IMG/VR virus record: IMGVR_UViG_3300037465_000050
Location: 1-58,281 of that record
Reading direction: 5' to 3' (one strand)
Length of the DNA stretch: 58,281 bases
Source of the DNA: a virus
Lineage: Duplodnaviria > Caudoviricetes
The notes under the pieces were generated by a model. The model was given only the letters and a program-made list of their open reading frames with translations. It searched no databases and was not told where the DNA came from. A program made the translations under genes and the position numbers. Every line of letters starts with the position of its first letter. Position 1 is the stretch's first letter. Below, piece by piece: positions 7,478 through 15,705 of the stretch.

Positions 7478-9304
7478 GTGCCGTCGCTCGCTACAGCTGA
7501 CTTCCTCGCCGAGATGTTCGGCGATCGCGTCGGAGAAGGGCACGAGATCGTGCTCTTTTCCGACAAGCGGTCTACATGGTGCCGCACGATTGGCGACGCA
7601 CTCAAGGCCATTCAACGCCTGAACGAGTCGAACGACACCTATTATCACGTCGCCTTGCATGACCGCGCCACGGCGATTGCAGAGGCTCGTGAGCGCGCTG
7701 CGCGTGAGCAACGACAGGAGCCGAAGTCTGTCAGCGCGACGCGCGGATGTTCGGAGTCAGCTCGCGCGCTGCCTGGAGTATGGGCCGATATCGACATCGC
7801 CGGAGTTGGGCACGAGAAACACGGACTAGCTCCGACGCGCGAGGCAGCGTTGGATGCTTTGGCGAAGATGCCGCTCGTTGCGACAACCGTGCTGTGGACT
7901 GGAGGCGGACTGCACGCATACTGGCGCTTCAGGGAGCTGGAGGACGTCGCGACTAGGGAAGCGCGCGCGATTGCGGCTAACCGCGGTCGCGGATGGCAGC
8001 AGCTCTATACGGCCATCTCGGGTTTCTCGATCGACGCCACGCACGACCTTGCGCGCGTGCTGCGGCTGCCTGGGCTGCGCTCGCACAAGCGCGACGTGAT
8101 CGTAGATGCAATCGTTAGAAATAACGTCGCGTACAATCCTAGCGACTTCGACGAGTACGCCGCATCGGGACCGGAGCCATGCGTGATCGCAGCCGGCTCG
8201 TTCACGCTGCGCGAAGTCGCGTTTCCTCCGCGCGAGAAACTGCGCGCGTTGCTTGATCTTGACGCGCGATTCACCGCGACGTGGATGCGCAAGCGGCGAG
8301 ACCTTCCATCGCAGTCGGAATACGACTTGTCGCTTGCATCGATGGCGTCGCGCGCAGGTTGGAGCGATCAGGAGATCGTAGACCTGCTAATAGCGCACCG
8401 TGCGATGCACGGACAGGAGCCGAAGTTGCGCACGGACTACTACCAGCTCACTCTGGGTCGCGCGCGCTCGGACAGCGCAGCTGATCGAGCTGTAGCGGCG
8501 TTGAACGATGCCGTCTCGCAACCGGCTCAAGCGGCGCAGGCTGGCCCTGTCCGCGCATCTAGTCATTCGCCAAAAGCAAACAGCCAGACTCGGGCCGCAA
8601 GCGCGCCTACGGCAATACAGGCCGCTAGCGGCAACTCTGCTTTTGACCGCGCTACGGCGTTGACGAACGTCTCGACGGTCGTCGGCGCGCGCGTCGAGCG
8701 CGTGCTGAAATACCGCGGCGATCCGCCTTCGTTCGCGATTGAGATCGACGGGATACACGTAACGCTTGGCAGCGTCGACGTGATCTTGAGACCGCGGCAG
8801 TTTCGATCGGTTATTGCCGCGACGTCCGGTCACGTGATGCGCTCGATGAAGGACTCCGCTTGGCAACCGGTCGCGCAGATGCTCCTGCGATTGGCCGAGG
8901 AACAGGACCTCGGTCCAGATTCGAAACCGAGCGATTTGGTGCGCGACTGGCTCGCCGGATACCTGTCGGCATATCCGGTCGAGACGCGAGAGGAGTATCG
9001 CGACGCGACGATCACAGCGCGCAATCCAGTCGAAATCAGCGGCGCGGTCGTGATCTTCCTTGAACCGTTCAGCCAGTGGGTCGTGGCGCACGGGCACCCG
9101 TCGCGCCAGCAGACTATGCGCTCGTGGCTTGCGAAGCACCTGCGCGTGCTTGGCGCGACGACCACGGTTCTCGCGTACTTGCGTCGGCACGGAGACGGCG
9201 AGCGGCACGACATGATGAGAACCACGGCTTTCGGCTGGGTATTGCCCGCCGGGCTGGTATCGACCCGAGAGAAGCGTCCGGCGCGGGCGGAGAGGGCACT
9301 ATGA
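7478..9304 (+). CDS. RepB-type (AEP superfamily) DNA primase / replication protein
   Basis: VWADID, TGGGLHAYW, DLARVLRLPG; helical SQSEYD domain. Confidence 0.85.
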   Translation: MPSLATADFLAEMFGDRVGEGHEIVLFSDKRSTWCRTIGDALKAIQRLNESNDTYYHVALHDRATAIAEARERAAREQRQEPKSVSATRGCSESARALPGVWADIDIAGVGHEKHGLAPTREAALDALAKMPLVATTVLWTGGGLHAYWRFRELEDVATREARAIAANRGRGWQQLYTAISGFSIDATHDLARVLRLPGLRSHKRDVIVDAIVRNNVAYNPSDFDEYAASGPEPCVIAAGSFTLREVAFPPREKLRALLDLDARFTATWMRKRRDLPSQSEYDLSLASMASRAGWSDQEIVDLLIAHRAMHGQEPKLRTDYYQLTLGRARSDSAADRAVAALNDAVSQPAQAAQAGPVRASSHSPKANSQTRAASAPTAIQAASGNSAFDRATALTNVSTVVGARVERVLKYRGDPPSFAIEIDGIHVTLGSVDVILRPRQFRSVIAATSGHVMRSMKDSAWQPVAQMLLRLAEEQDLGPDSKPSDLVRDWLAGYLSAYPVETREEYRDATITARNPVEISGAVVIFLEPFSQWVVAHGHPSRQQTMRSWLAKHLRVLGATTTVLAYLRRHGDGERHDMMRTTAFGWVLPAGLVSTREKRPARAERAL

Positions 9305-9317
9305 TCGAGTTGCGCCG

Positions 9318-9630
9318 CGCCAGGCGGCCTATACGCCAGAATCCCGCCAGGCGGCCTACGGCGCGCTGTGGCGCATCCTTGCCTGGGTACGCCTGGGAGG
9401 CCTACCGGGACTCCGCGCGCGCAGCCGCGGCCCTAGGGCGCGACGTAGGCCATCGTTCGTTTTGCGGCTCCAGTCGGCCTCGCGCGCGCGCGCGCGCGCC
9501 CCTACACATGCGCAAATCAACATCATGTATGCCTTCAAAAAACGGCTAAATATACTAAACGCTAAACAAAGCGGAAAAACCCGATAGAAACTGGCGTCAA
9601 GGGAAAAATGACACTAAAACCGCTATTTAT
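9318..9630. other. Putative replication origin (direct repeats, (CG)9 tract, A-rich unwinding region)
   Basis: CGCCAGGCGGCCTA at 9318 and 9345; (CG)9 at 9481-9498; A-rich 9536-9630; directly after primase. Confidence 0.5.
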
Positions 9631-9666
9631 GGCCGGGCCGCCTCCGGCAGAGTCCCAGGTGGGCCG

Positions 9667-11432
9667 ATGACGCGCCGAGAGTATCGCGTCATCGGTCCGC
9701 CTGGGACTTGAAGACCGGCAAAACGCATGACATGGCGCAGCGCGTCGAGCGTGCCGCCGAGAAGCACGGTGCAAACCGCGTGATGGCAGTCAGCTTCACG
9801 CGCTCTGCTGCCCGCGTCATCGCATCGCGCACAGAACTGCCGCGCGAGAACGTCGGAACGCTCCACGCTCTCGCATACCGCGCGCTCGGTAGACCGACTA
9901 TCGCAGAGACGAAAGCCGACGAGTGGAACGAGCACGTTGACCGCGATCCTGAACTCGCGCTTGATTCCAGCGGAGCGAAGGATGTCGATCTCGATGGAGA
10001 CCGAGTTATCGAGATGCATTACGGAGAAACTAAGACCGGATCCGAAAAGCTATCCGCGATCCAAACGCTGCGCGCGATCGACAGACCTGAACACCTGTGG
10101 CCGGTGGACCTGCTCGATTTCTGGTCGCGATGGAGATCGTGGAAACGTGAAGCGAACTACCTCGACTTCACCGACCTGATCGAAGTCGCCGCGGATATGT
10201 GTCCAACCGCGCCTGGTGATCCGGCGATTTTCTGCGCCGATGAGACGCAGGACTTATCGCCGCTCGAATGGAAGCTAGTGCGCGTATGGGGGGAAGCTGC
10301 TGAGACCGGATTGCTAGTCGCGGCTGACCCAGCCCAGTGCATCTACAACTGGAAAGGCGCATCACCGCGCTTGTTCTTCGAGCCGCCGATCCCAGCAGAG
10401 GACTATCGCGTGCTGCGCCAATCCTTCCGCGTTCCGCGCCGAGTCCACGCGCGCGCGGTGTCGTGGCTTGCACAATCGCAGAGCGACGTAATGCACGAGT
10501 ATCTGCCGCGTGACGCCGACGGAGCGGTGCGCAGGATGCCGAGCGGTGGACCGTCCGCGTCTACGTGGCAGTCACCGCGTGTTATCGCCGAGATCGCGGC
10601 TGCTGACGCTCGCAAGACTGGTCGTACGCATATGATCGTCGCGAGCTGCGCGTACATGCTCCAGCCGCTGCTGCGCGAACTACGCGAACTCGGCGAGCCG
10701 TTCCACAACCCGTATCGCCTTGCTGCCGGCGCCTGGAATCCGATGCGCGGAGCAACTGAACGCCTCGTTGACTTCCTAGGTCCAGTGCGTCCGGACCTAG
10801 TTCGAGCCGAATCTGCAACCCGTGCCCTGCCCATTTGGGCCGATAGCGACTCTTCTCAAAGCGCAAGAGAAGGCCAGGAGCAGCTAGGAAGACAACGCCT
10901 GTGGACCTGGACGGAACTGTGGAGCTGGGTGTCGGAGCTGCGTGCATCGGACACGATCAGGCACGGAGCAAAGGTCGAACTTGAAGAACGAGCGAAGGCC
11001 GACGCAAGGCGACCGATCGACGATCGTGATCCTGTCAGCGCATCCGAGCTTCGTCGCATCCTGGAGCCTGGGGCGCATGAGCAGCTCAAGCGCGATCTAC
11101 AGACCGACCGACCGTGGACATTCATCGCCGAGCGGCTTCTACCTTCACGCACGAAGCTGTGGAGATACGCACTCAACGTCGCTGATAAGCGCGGAGCTAG
11201 CGCGCTACTCGAACGGCCGAAACTGATTATAGGCACGATTCATAGCGTCAAAGGCGGCGAGGCCGACTGTGTATGGGTATGGCCTGACCTGTCTCCATCG
11301 GCGCACGCGCAATGGTCCGGCGGAGACGATGGCCGTGACGCAATCACGAGGACGTTCTACGTGGCGATGACCAGGGCGCGCGAGGAGCTTGTGCTCTGCG
11401 GTGCATCTGGACCGATGGCGGTGGACTGGTAG
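9667..11432 (+). CDS. UvrD/Rep-like SF1 helicase with Walker A interrupted by an 8-nt insert containing TGA
   Basis: MTRREYRVIGPPGT (9667-9708), stop, then TGKT in another frame; VSFTRSAA, GTLHALAY, DETQD, DPAQCIY, TIHSVKGGEAD, FYVAMTRARE. Confidence 0.85.
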
Positions 11433-11457
11433 AGATGGAACAAAAGGAGCGTGAATC

Positions 11458-12000
11458 GTGGTTTTATCTCTCGCCAAGTACCTGGACATGAGGCCGGACA
11501 CGCAACAACGGCTGAGATACTGGGAGTGGATCCGCCGCGGAGTCACCCAGGAGCAGGTCGCCAAGGCGCAGGAGGTCATCGGGAGATATACACCCGATGG
11601 CGTGCGCCGGCTGAAGGCCAATCTCCCGGAGTGGGCCGATGCAACGGACGTGCGCGACTACGTCGCAGCCGAGATCGCGCTGGCATTTGAGACGGAGGTG
11701 GACCGCGCCATCACGACCACGTCGACGTATGTCCGCGTCGCGAATGGCGGCCGGATCAGGTTCGCTGATCATCGCGGATCTGGCCGTCTGGCGCGGTCGC
11801 CGCACGACGTATTCGACGTCGCCCGCGACCTGGACCGCGCGGTGCGGGCGGCGCTGTCCGACACGCTGTCGTACGCGTGCGTGCTGTCCTGGCAGCAGAT
11901 CGAAGCACGGCTTCCGATCCGCGATGAAGAGGCCGCCGCCAGGGCGTCCGCGTTGATCGCGCAAGCACAGGGCGCGTCCACGCAGCCAACGGGCGGATAG
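11458..12000 (+). CDS. Hypothetical protein
   Basis: AAGGAG SD; 180-aa ORF with STYV...IRFADH motif. Confidence 0.65.
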   Translation: MVLSLAKYLDMRPDTQQRLRYWEWIRRGVTQEQVAKAQEVIGRYTPDGVRRLKANLPEWADATDVRDYVAAEIALAFETEVDRAITTTSTYVRVANGGRIRFADHRGSGRLARSPHDVFDVARDLDRAVRAALSDTLSYACVLSWQQIEARLPIRDEEAAARASALIAQAQGASTQPTGG

Positions 12001-12039
12001 CGTAATCAGTACACCTGCGGCTACCTCGCCGGCCTCGCC

Positions 12040-12084
12040 GAGGGGCTGCGTAGGGCGAATGACAACAAGGAGACCTGATGGACA
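12040..12084 (+). repeat. 45-bp direct repeat copy 1 (gene-junction sequence)
   Basis: GAGGGGCTGCGTAGGGCGAA-N4-AACAAGGAGACCTGATGGACA; 3 mismatches to 15397-15441. Confidence 0.9.
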
Positions 12085-12124
12085 TTCAGAGACCGCACGG
12101 CGTCTTCACGGAGCGCAGGAAGTT

Positions 12125-12268
12125 ATGACCACAACCCTATGCATCGGGCGCCTGCGCCAAGGCTGGAACCGCCTCGGCGATCACGTCGGCTGCCACCACT
12201 TCAAGACTGTCGGCACGCACATCGTCACCGCGCGCAGCATGGCGCTCAGGCCGGAGGACTACCTGTGA
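12125..12268 (+). CDS. Small hypothetical protein (MTTTLCIGRL...)
   Basis: ATGA/GTGA coupling on both sides. Confidence 0.45.
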   Translation: MTTTLCIGRLRQGWNRLGDHVGCHHFKTVGTHIVTARSMALRPEDYL

Positions 12269-12648
12269 GCGCCATCGAGGATTGCATCGCGCACGTCGCG
12301 CAGGGATCCACGGATCCGAACGGCGGCGCGCTGGCGAAGGAAGCGCTGGCCGAGCTGGCCGAGCTGCGACGGCGGATCGACTGGCTAGTGGCACAGGCTG
12401 CCACATCGGGTCCGCGCGCCGAATGGACCACCACCCCACCGACGGAGCACGGGTACTACTGGATGAGGCCGCGGATCGCGCGCGACCTTCCGTTCGTGGC
12501 TCAGTTATGCGATCAGGACGAACGCGGCCGGTACGGTGATCACTGGTGGTTGATGGCGCATACGCGCGCTAGTTCCGGGACCGACCTGAGCGATGCCGGA
12601 TTCGAATGGTGGCCTGAGCCCATCGCCCATCCCCGCACCCATACCTGA
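12265..12648 (+). CDS. Hypothetical phage protein
   Basis: GTG coupled to upstream stop, GGAGG SD; WTTTPPTEHGYYW...WWPEPI motif typical of phage accessory proteins. Confidence 0.7.
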   Translation: MSAIEDCIAHVAQGSTDPNGGALAKEALAELAELRRRIDWLVAQAATSGPRAEWTTTPPTEHGYYWMRPRIARDLPFVAQLCDQDERGRYGDHWWLMAHTRASSGTDLSDAGFEWWPEPIAHPRTHT

Positions 12649-12675
12649 TAGCGCTATCGCGCAGAAGGAAACCAC

Positions 12676-12972
12676 ATGAAGAAGAAACTTAAATACGTCA
12701 TCGTCCGAACATTCTCGGCCGGCGTGTTCGCTGGAGAACTGGAGTCGCGCAAAGGGCGCGAGGTCGTGCTCCGCAACGCCCGCCGAATCTGGTACTGGGC
12801 AGGGGCGGCTTCGCTGTCCGAGCTGGCGGTGCATGGCACGAGCAAGCCGGCAGAGTGCAAGTTCCCGGTGGCCGTCGATCGTATCGAGCTCCTCGAAGCC
12901 ATCGAAATCCTCGACGTGACGCCCGCCGCGCGCAAGTCGATCGAGGAGGTGCCGGTGTGGTCAGCGAAGTGA
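12676..12972 (+). CDS. DUF6948-like phage protein
   Basis: [14 protein letters not shown]...[20 protein letters not shown]; AAGGA SD. Confidence 0.8.
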   Translation: MKKKLKYVIVRTFSAGVFAGELESRKGREVVLRNARRIWYWAGAASLSELAVHGTSKPAECKFPVAVDRIELLEAIEILDVTPAARKSIEEVPVWSAK

Positions 12973-13322
12973 AGGGCTCGGGCTGTGGCTCGGGCTGTGG
13001 CTCGGGCTCGGGCTTGGGCTCGGGCGATGAATCGGGCTCGGGCGATGGCTCAGGCTCGGGCTTGGGCTTGGGCTGGGGCTCGGGCTTGGGCTTGGGCTCG
13101 GGCGATGAATCGGGCTCGGGCGATCGCTCGGGCTGGGGCTCGGGCTCGGGCTGGGGCTCGGGTGATGACTCGGGCTGGGGCTCGGGCTCGGGCTCGGGCT
13201 CGGGCGATGGCTCGGGCTCGGGCTCGGGCTGGGGCTCGGGTGATGGCTGGGGCTCGGGTGATGGCTGGGGCTGGGGCTGGGGCTGGGGCTCGGGTAGCGG
13301 AACCGCGCAGGAGCAACCATGA
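12957..13322 (+). CDS. Gly/Ser/Trp/Asp low-complexity (G-X)n protein
   Basis: GAGGAGG SD before GTG 12957; GGCTCG/GGCTGG 6-bp repeats. Confidence 0.65.
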   Translation: MVSEVKGSGCGSGCGSGSGLGSGDESGSGDGSGSGLGLGWGSGLGLGSGDESGSGDRSGWGSGSGWGSGDDSGWGSGSGSGSGDGSGSGSGWGSGDGWGSGDGWGWGWGWGSGSGTAQEQP

Positions 13323-13627
13323 GCCGCGACGCGCTGCGCCAACTCGAAGCACCCTGCACGTGCGATACAGAACAACCGGGGCGTAGGCTAGGTGGAGCAG
13401 ACCAACCGCAGACGTGCGGCAGCGCAGGTTCGAGTCCTGCCGCCCCGACCATCAAGCAACTGCGCGCCAAGCTGCGCCGGCTCGATCGCGCGATTCAGCG
13501 CCTTGACGACCAGAGGCGACTTGACGATCTGCTGCGCGTCGAGGATGCGCGCGCTCGCCGAACACGCGCCTTCCGCGACGCCGCGCGCAAGCGCGTGAGG
13601 CTGGAGATCAAGAGGAGGAAGCCGTGA
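13319..13627 (+). CDS. Hypothetical protein (basic coiled-coil C-terminus), overlaps tRNA-like element
   Basis: AGGAG SD and ATGA coupling. Confidence 0.5.
   Translation: MSRDALRQLEAPCTCDTEQPGRRLGGADQPQTCGSAGSSPAAPTIKQLRAKLRRLDRAIQRLDDQRRLDDLLRVEDARARRTRAFRDAARKRVRLEIKRRKP
13377..13451 (+). ncRNA. tRNA-like element (tRNA-Pro-like acceptor) with anticodon loop reduced to a 4-nt loop
   Basis: 7-bp acceptor CGGGGCG/CGCCCCG, U8A9, T-arm GCAGG-TTCGAGT-CCTGC, A discriminator plus CCA; anticodon stem CCGCA/TGCGG closes GACG. Confidence 0.7.
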
Positions 13628-13649
13628 CCCGCCTTGGAGGCCGCACGCC

Positions 13650-13847
13650 ATGAAGATCGCCAAGTGTCGTTGTCGTTGCATCCCCTGGTGCGTGACGACC
13701 TGGGGGCCAGACTTACCGAGGCGTACCGCGATCTGGTGTCGCTCTGGGTTGCTGCCTACTTGCGCCCTGACGAGGGTCGTCAAAGGACGGAAGGACGAGG
13801 CGATCAGAACGTGGAACCGCTTGATGGCGAGAAAGAGGAAGCCGTGA
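13650..13847 (+). CDS. Small Cys-rich protein (Lar-like zinc-finger pattern)
   Basis: GGAGG SD; CRC..C...C...C and EAIRTWNR ending. Confidence 0.6.
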   Translation: MKIAKCRCRCIPWCVTTWGPDLPRRTAIWCRSGLLPTCALTRVVKGRKDEAIRTWNRLMARKRKP

Positions 13848-14014
13848 CCCGCATCTGGACTGCCTCGAAGCTGCTTCTCGCCTGGGGCCTGTTCAAGCTC
13901 GACCGCAAGATCACGGTCGCGTGGTCCGCGCGAATCCTGCGGACGTGCGACGTGCCGGGACACGAACACGGCGTGACGATCCTCGCCGATAAACTGGAGG
14001 GCAGGAGACCATGA
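13844..14014 (+). CDS. Small hypothetical protein (VTRIWTASK...)
   Basis: GTGA and ATGA coupling on both ends. Confidence 0.55.
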   Translation: MTRIWTASKLLLAWGLFKLDRKITVAWSARILRTCDVPGHEHGVTILADKLEGRRP

Positions 14015-14484
14015 CCGACCTACTCATCACCAAGGCCGACCTCGACGAGAACAACGTCTACAAGCACTCGCGCGATATCGAGTGCGACGGCGCGATCACA
14101 TTCGCCCCGCACCTCGGCAACGTGATCGTGAATGGCTCGATCAGGGCTGCGGGATCGCTGGCGGTAAGCGCTGGTACGGCGATCGAGGCTAGCAGGTCGA
14201 TCAAGGCTGGCGAGTCGATCGAGGCTGGCTGGTCGATCAAGGCCGGCGAGTCGATCGAAGCCGGTTGGTCGATCGAAGCTGGCGGGTCGATCGAGGCTGG
14301 CTGGTCGATCAAGGCTGGCTTCACCGTGTCGGCCAAGTGGATTAGCGCGCGACTGCGCATCTTCGCAGGCCTGTGCTCGTGGCGGCTGCCAACTCCCGAG
14401 GAGTGCGAGATCCGCGCGGAGGTGCGCGGCGGCACGGTGGGACACGGGACGGTTGTGGTGCCCGCCGAGAAGGTGAAGCCGTGA
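14011..14484 (+). CDS. Hexapeptide-repeat protein, paralog 4 (157 aa)
   Basis: 14012-14119 is the exact reverse complement of 673-780; same C-cap. Confidence 0.88.
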   Translation: MTDLLITKADLDENNVYKHSRDIECDGAITFAPHLGNVIVNGSIRAAGSLAVSAGTAIEASRSIKAGESIEAGWSIKAGESIEAGWSIEAGGSIEAGWSIKAGFTVSAKWISARLRIFAGLCSWRLPTPEECEIRAEVRGGTVGHGTVVVPAEKVKP

Positions 14485-14627
14485 CCGCCCACGACCCGAT
14501 CGAGCTGGCGCGCGAGGCGCTGGACCTGAACTGTGACGGCACTCCGTACACCTTGCTCGCGCACGCGCAGACGAACTACGGCGTCATCTGCCGCGTACTG
14601 CTGATCGACGGGAAGAGGCCGCGATGA
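14481..14627 (+). CDS. Small hypothetical protein
   Basis: GTGA and ATGA coupling. Confidence 0.5.
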   Translation: MTAHDPIELAREALDLNCDGTPYTLLAHAQTNYGVICRVLLIDGKRPR

Positions 14628-15046
14628 CCACCTACTGCCCCCACGGCGCGCACGACGCCGCCGAGCGCACCAAGCGCGCCGACCCCCGCGTGGTCGCGGC
14701 TCTCGCACCCTGCACATGCGCCGTGGACTGGACCGATCGCGGCCTGTCGAGCCCGGATTGCGCGCTCTGCCAGCACGGGGATACTGTGCTCGACGCGCTC
14801 AAGGCCGAGCGACGGCGGGCGCTGGAGGACGCCTGCCGCACCGTCTGCGCGTCGTGCAATCTCGACGACTGGCCGGTGGAGCGGATAGAAAGGACCAACG
14901 TGACGACCGGCAAGACAACCCACGAATGGGAGCACGTCTGCCCCGACAACGTCGGCGATGACGAGGACGACGAGCCGCCGGAGTGGTGCGCCGCGACCGA
15001 GATCCGCGACCTGATCGCCGCGGAAGAAGAGCTCGATGAAGAGTAA
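14624..15046 (+). CDS. Cys-rich hypothetical protein
   Basis: Coupled start; several CxC/CxxC motifs; acidic C-terminus. Confidence 0.7.
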   Translation: MTTYCPHGAHDAAERTKRADPRVVAALAPCTCAVDWTDRGLSSPDCALCQHGDTVLDALKAERRRALEDACRTVCASCNLDDWPVERIERTNVTTGKTTHEWEHVCPDNVGDDEDDEPPEWCAATEIRDLIAAEEELDEE

Positions 15047-15122
15047 GCAAGCCGGCTGCGCGCCGTCGCCGCCGCGATGGGGATGTACCTGCAAGTGAGG
15101 CCGATCGAAGAGGAGAAGCCTG

Positions 15123-15335
15123 ATGCGCCCTGACGAGCTGCCCAAGTGCGAGTCCTGCGGGTCCTGGCACGACGCCATGTCCGGGGTGTCCGAGGTGTCC
15201 GAGGTGTACCTGTCGCGCGGACCCGGCAAGCGCGCGCTGTGGTGCAAGATGCTGTGCGACTCCTGCGCCGTCGCGCTGGCGCTGGCGGTCGATAGCCTGG
15301 CCGCGCGATTGAAGGAGAAGGTGGCCGATGGATGA
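15123..15335 (+). CDS. Small zinc-finger-like protein
   Basis: AAGGAG SD; CESC...LCDSC. Confidence 0.65.
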   Translation: MRPDELPKCESCGSWHDAMSGVSEVSEVYLSRGPGKRALWCKMLCDSCAVALALAVDSLAARLKEKVADG

Positions 15336-15435
15336 CTATGAACTGACCGACGAGGAGCGCGGCGCGATCGAGAAGTCGCGCGAGTGGGCGCGGCAGGAGG
15401 GGCTGCGTAGGGCGAAGTATAACAAGGAGACCTGA
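15328..15435 (+). CDS. Very small hypothetical protein (MDDYELTDEERGAIEK...NKET)
   Basis: AAGGAG SD; ends inside the 45-bp repeat. Confidence 0.45.
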   Translation: MDDYELTDEERGAIEKSREWARQEGLRRAKYNKET

Positions 15436-15441
15436 TGGACA
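15397..15441 (+). repeat. 45-bp direct repeat copy 2
   Basis: Matches 12040-12084. Confidence 0.9.
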
Positions 15442-15656
15442 CGCAACTACCGCACAGTATCGTTCCTGAGCCTTATACCTGTCCTGTCTGTGGCGCGATC
15501 TTCACGCCGAAGTCCCGCACTAGTCCTGGCGTCGTTAGGCTGTGCAGTAAGTCATGCCAGATCGAGTACGCCAAGCGAAAGAGCCGCGAGCGCGGATGGT
15601 CGAGCTACGGCAGGAAGAAAGGTTCTAGCGGCAGGTCGGCGCCTGAGATAGGCTGA
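15435..15656 (+). CDS. Small zinc-ribbon protein
   Basis: AAGGAG SD; CPVCG..F...CSKSC. Confidence 0.65.
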   Translation: MDTQLPHSIVPEPYTCPVCGAIFTPKSRTSPGVVRLCSKSCQIEYAKRKSRERGWSSYGRKKGSSGRSAPEIG

Positions 15657-15705
15657 TCGGCCGTGTGGGCAGCGGGAGCGTTCGAGTCTTACTAGGAGCA
15701 GTCAG

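Noticed and set aside
9708-9730. TTG 9708 as the true helicase start
   Set aside because: It would delete the first beta-strand and GPPG of the P-loop, which are encoded just upstream in another frame
13377-13451. Functional decoding tRNA or attP site
   Set aside because: Anticodon loop is only 4 nt; no integrase nearby, so an att role is unsupported
12961-13470. Pro/Ser-rich and Ala/Arg-rich ORFs in other frames of the GGCTCG tract
   Set aside because: Alternative readings of the same microsatellite; only the Gly frame has an SD and coupling to the next gene
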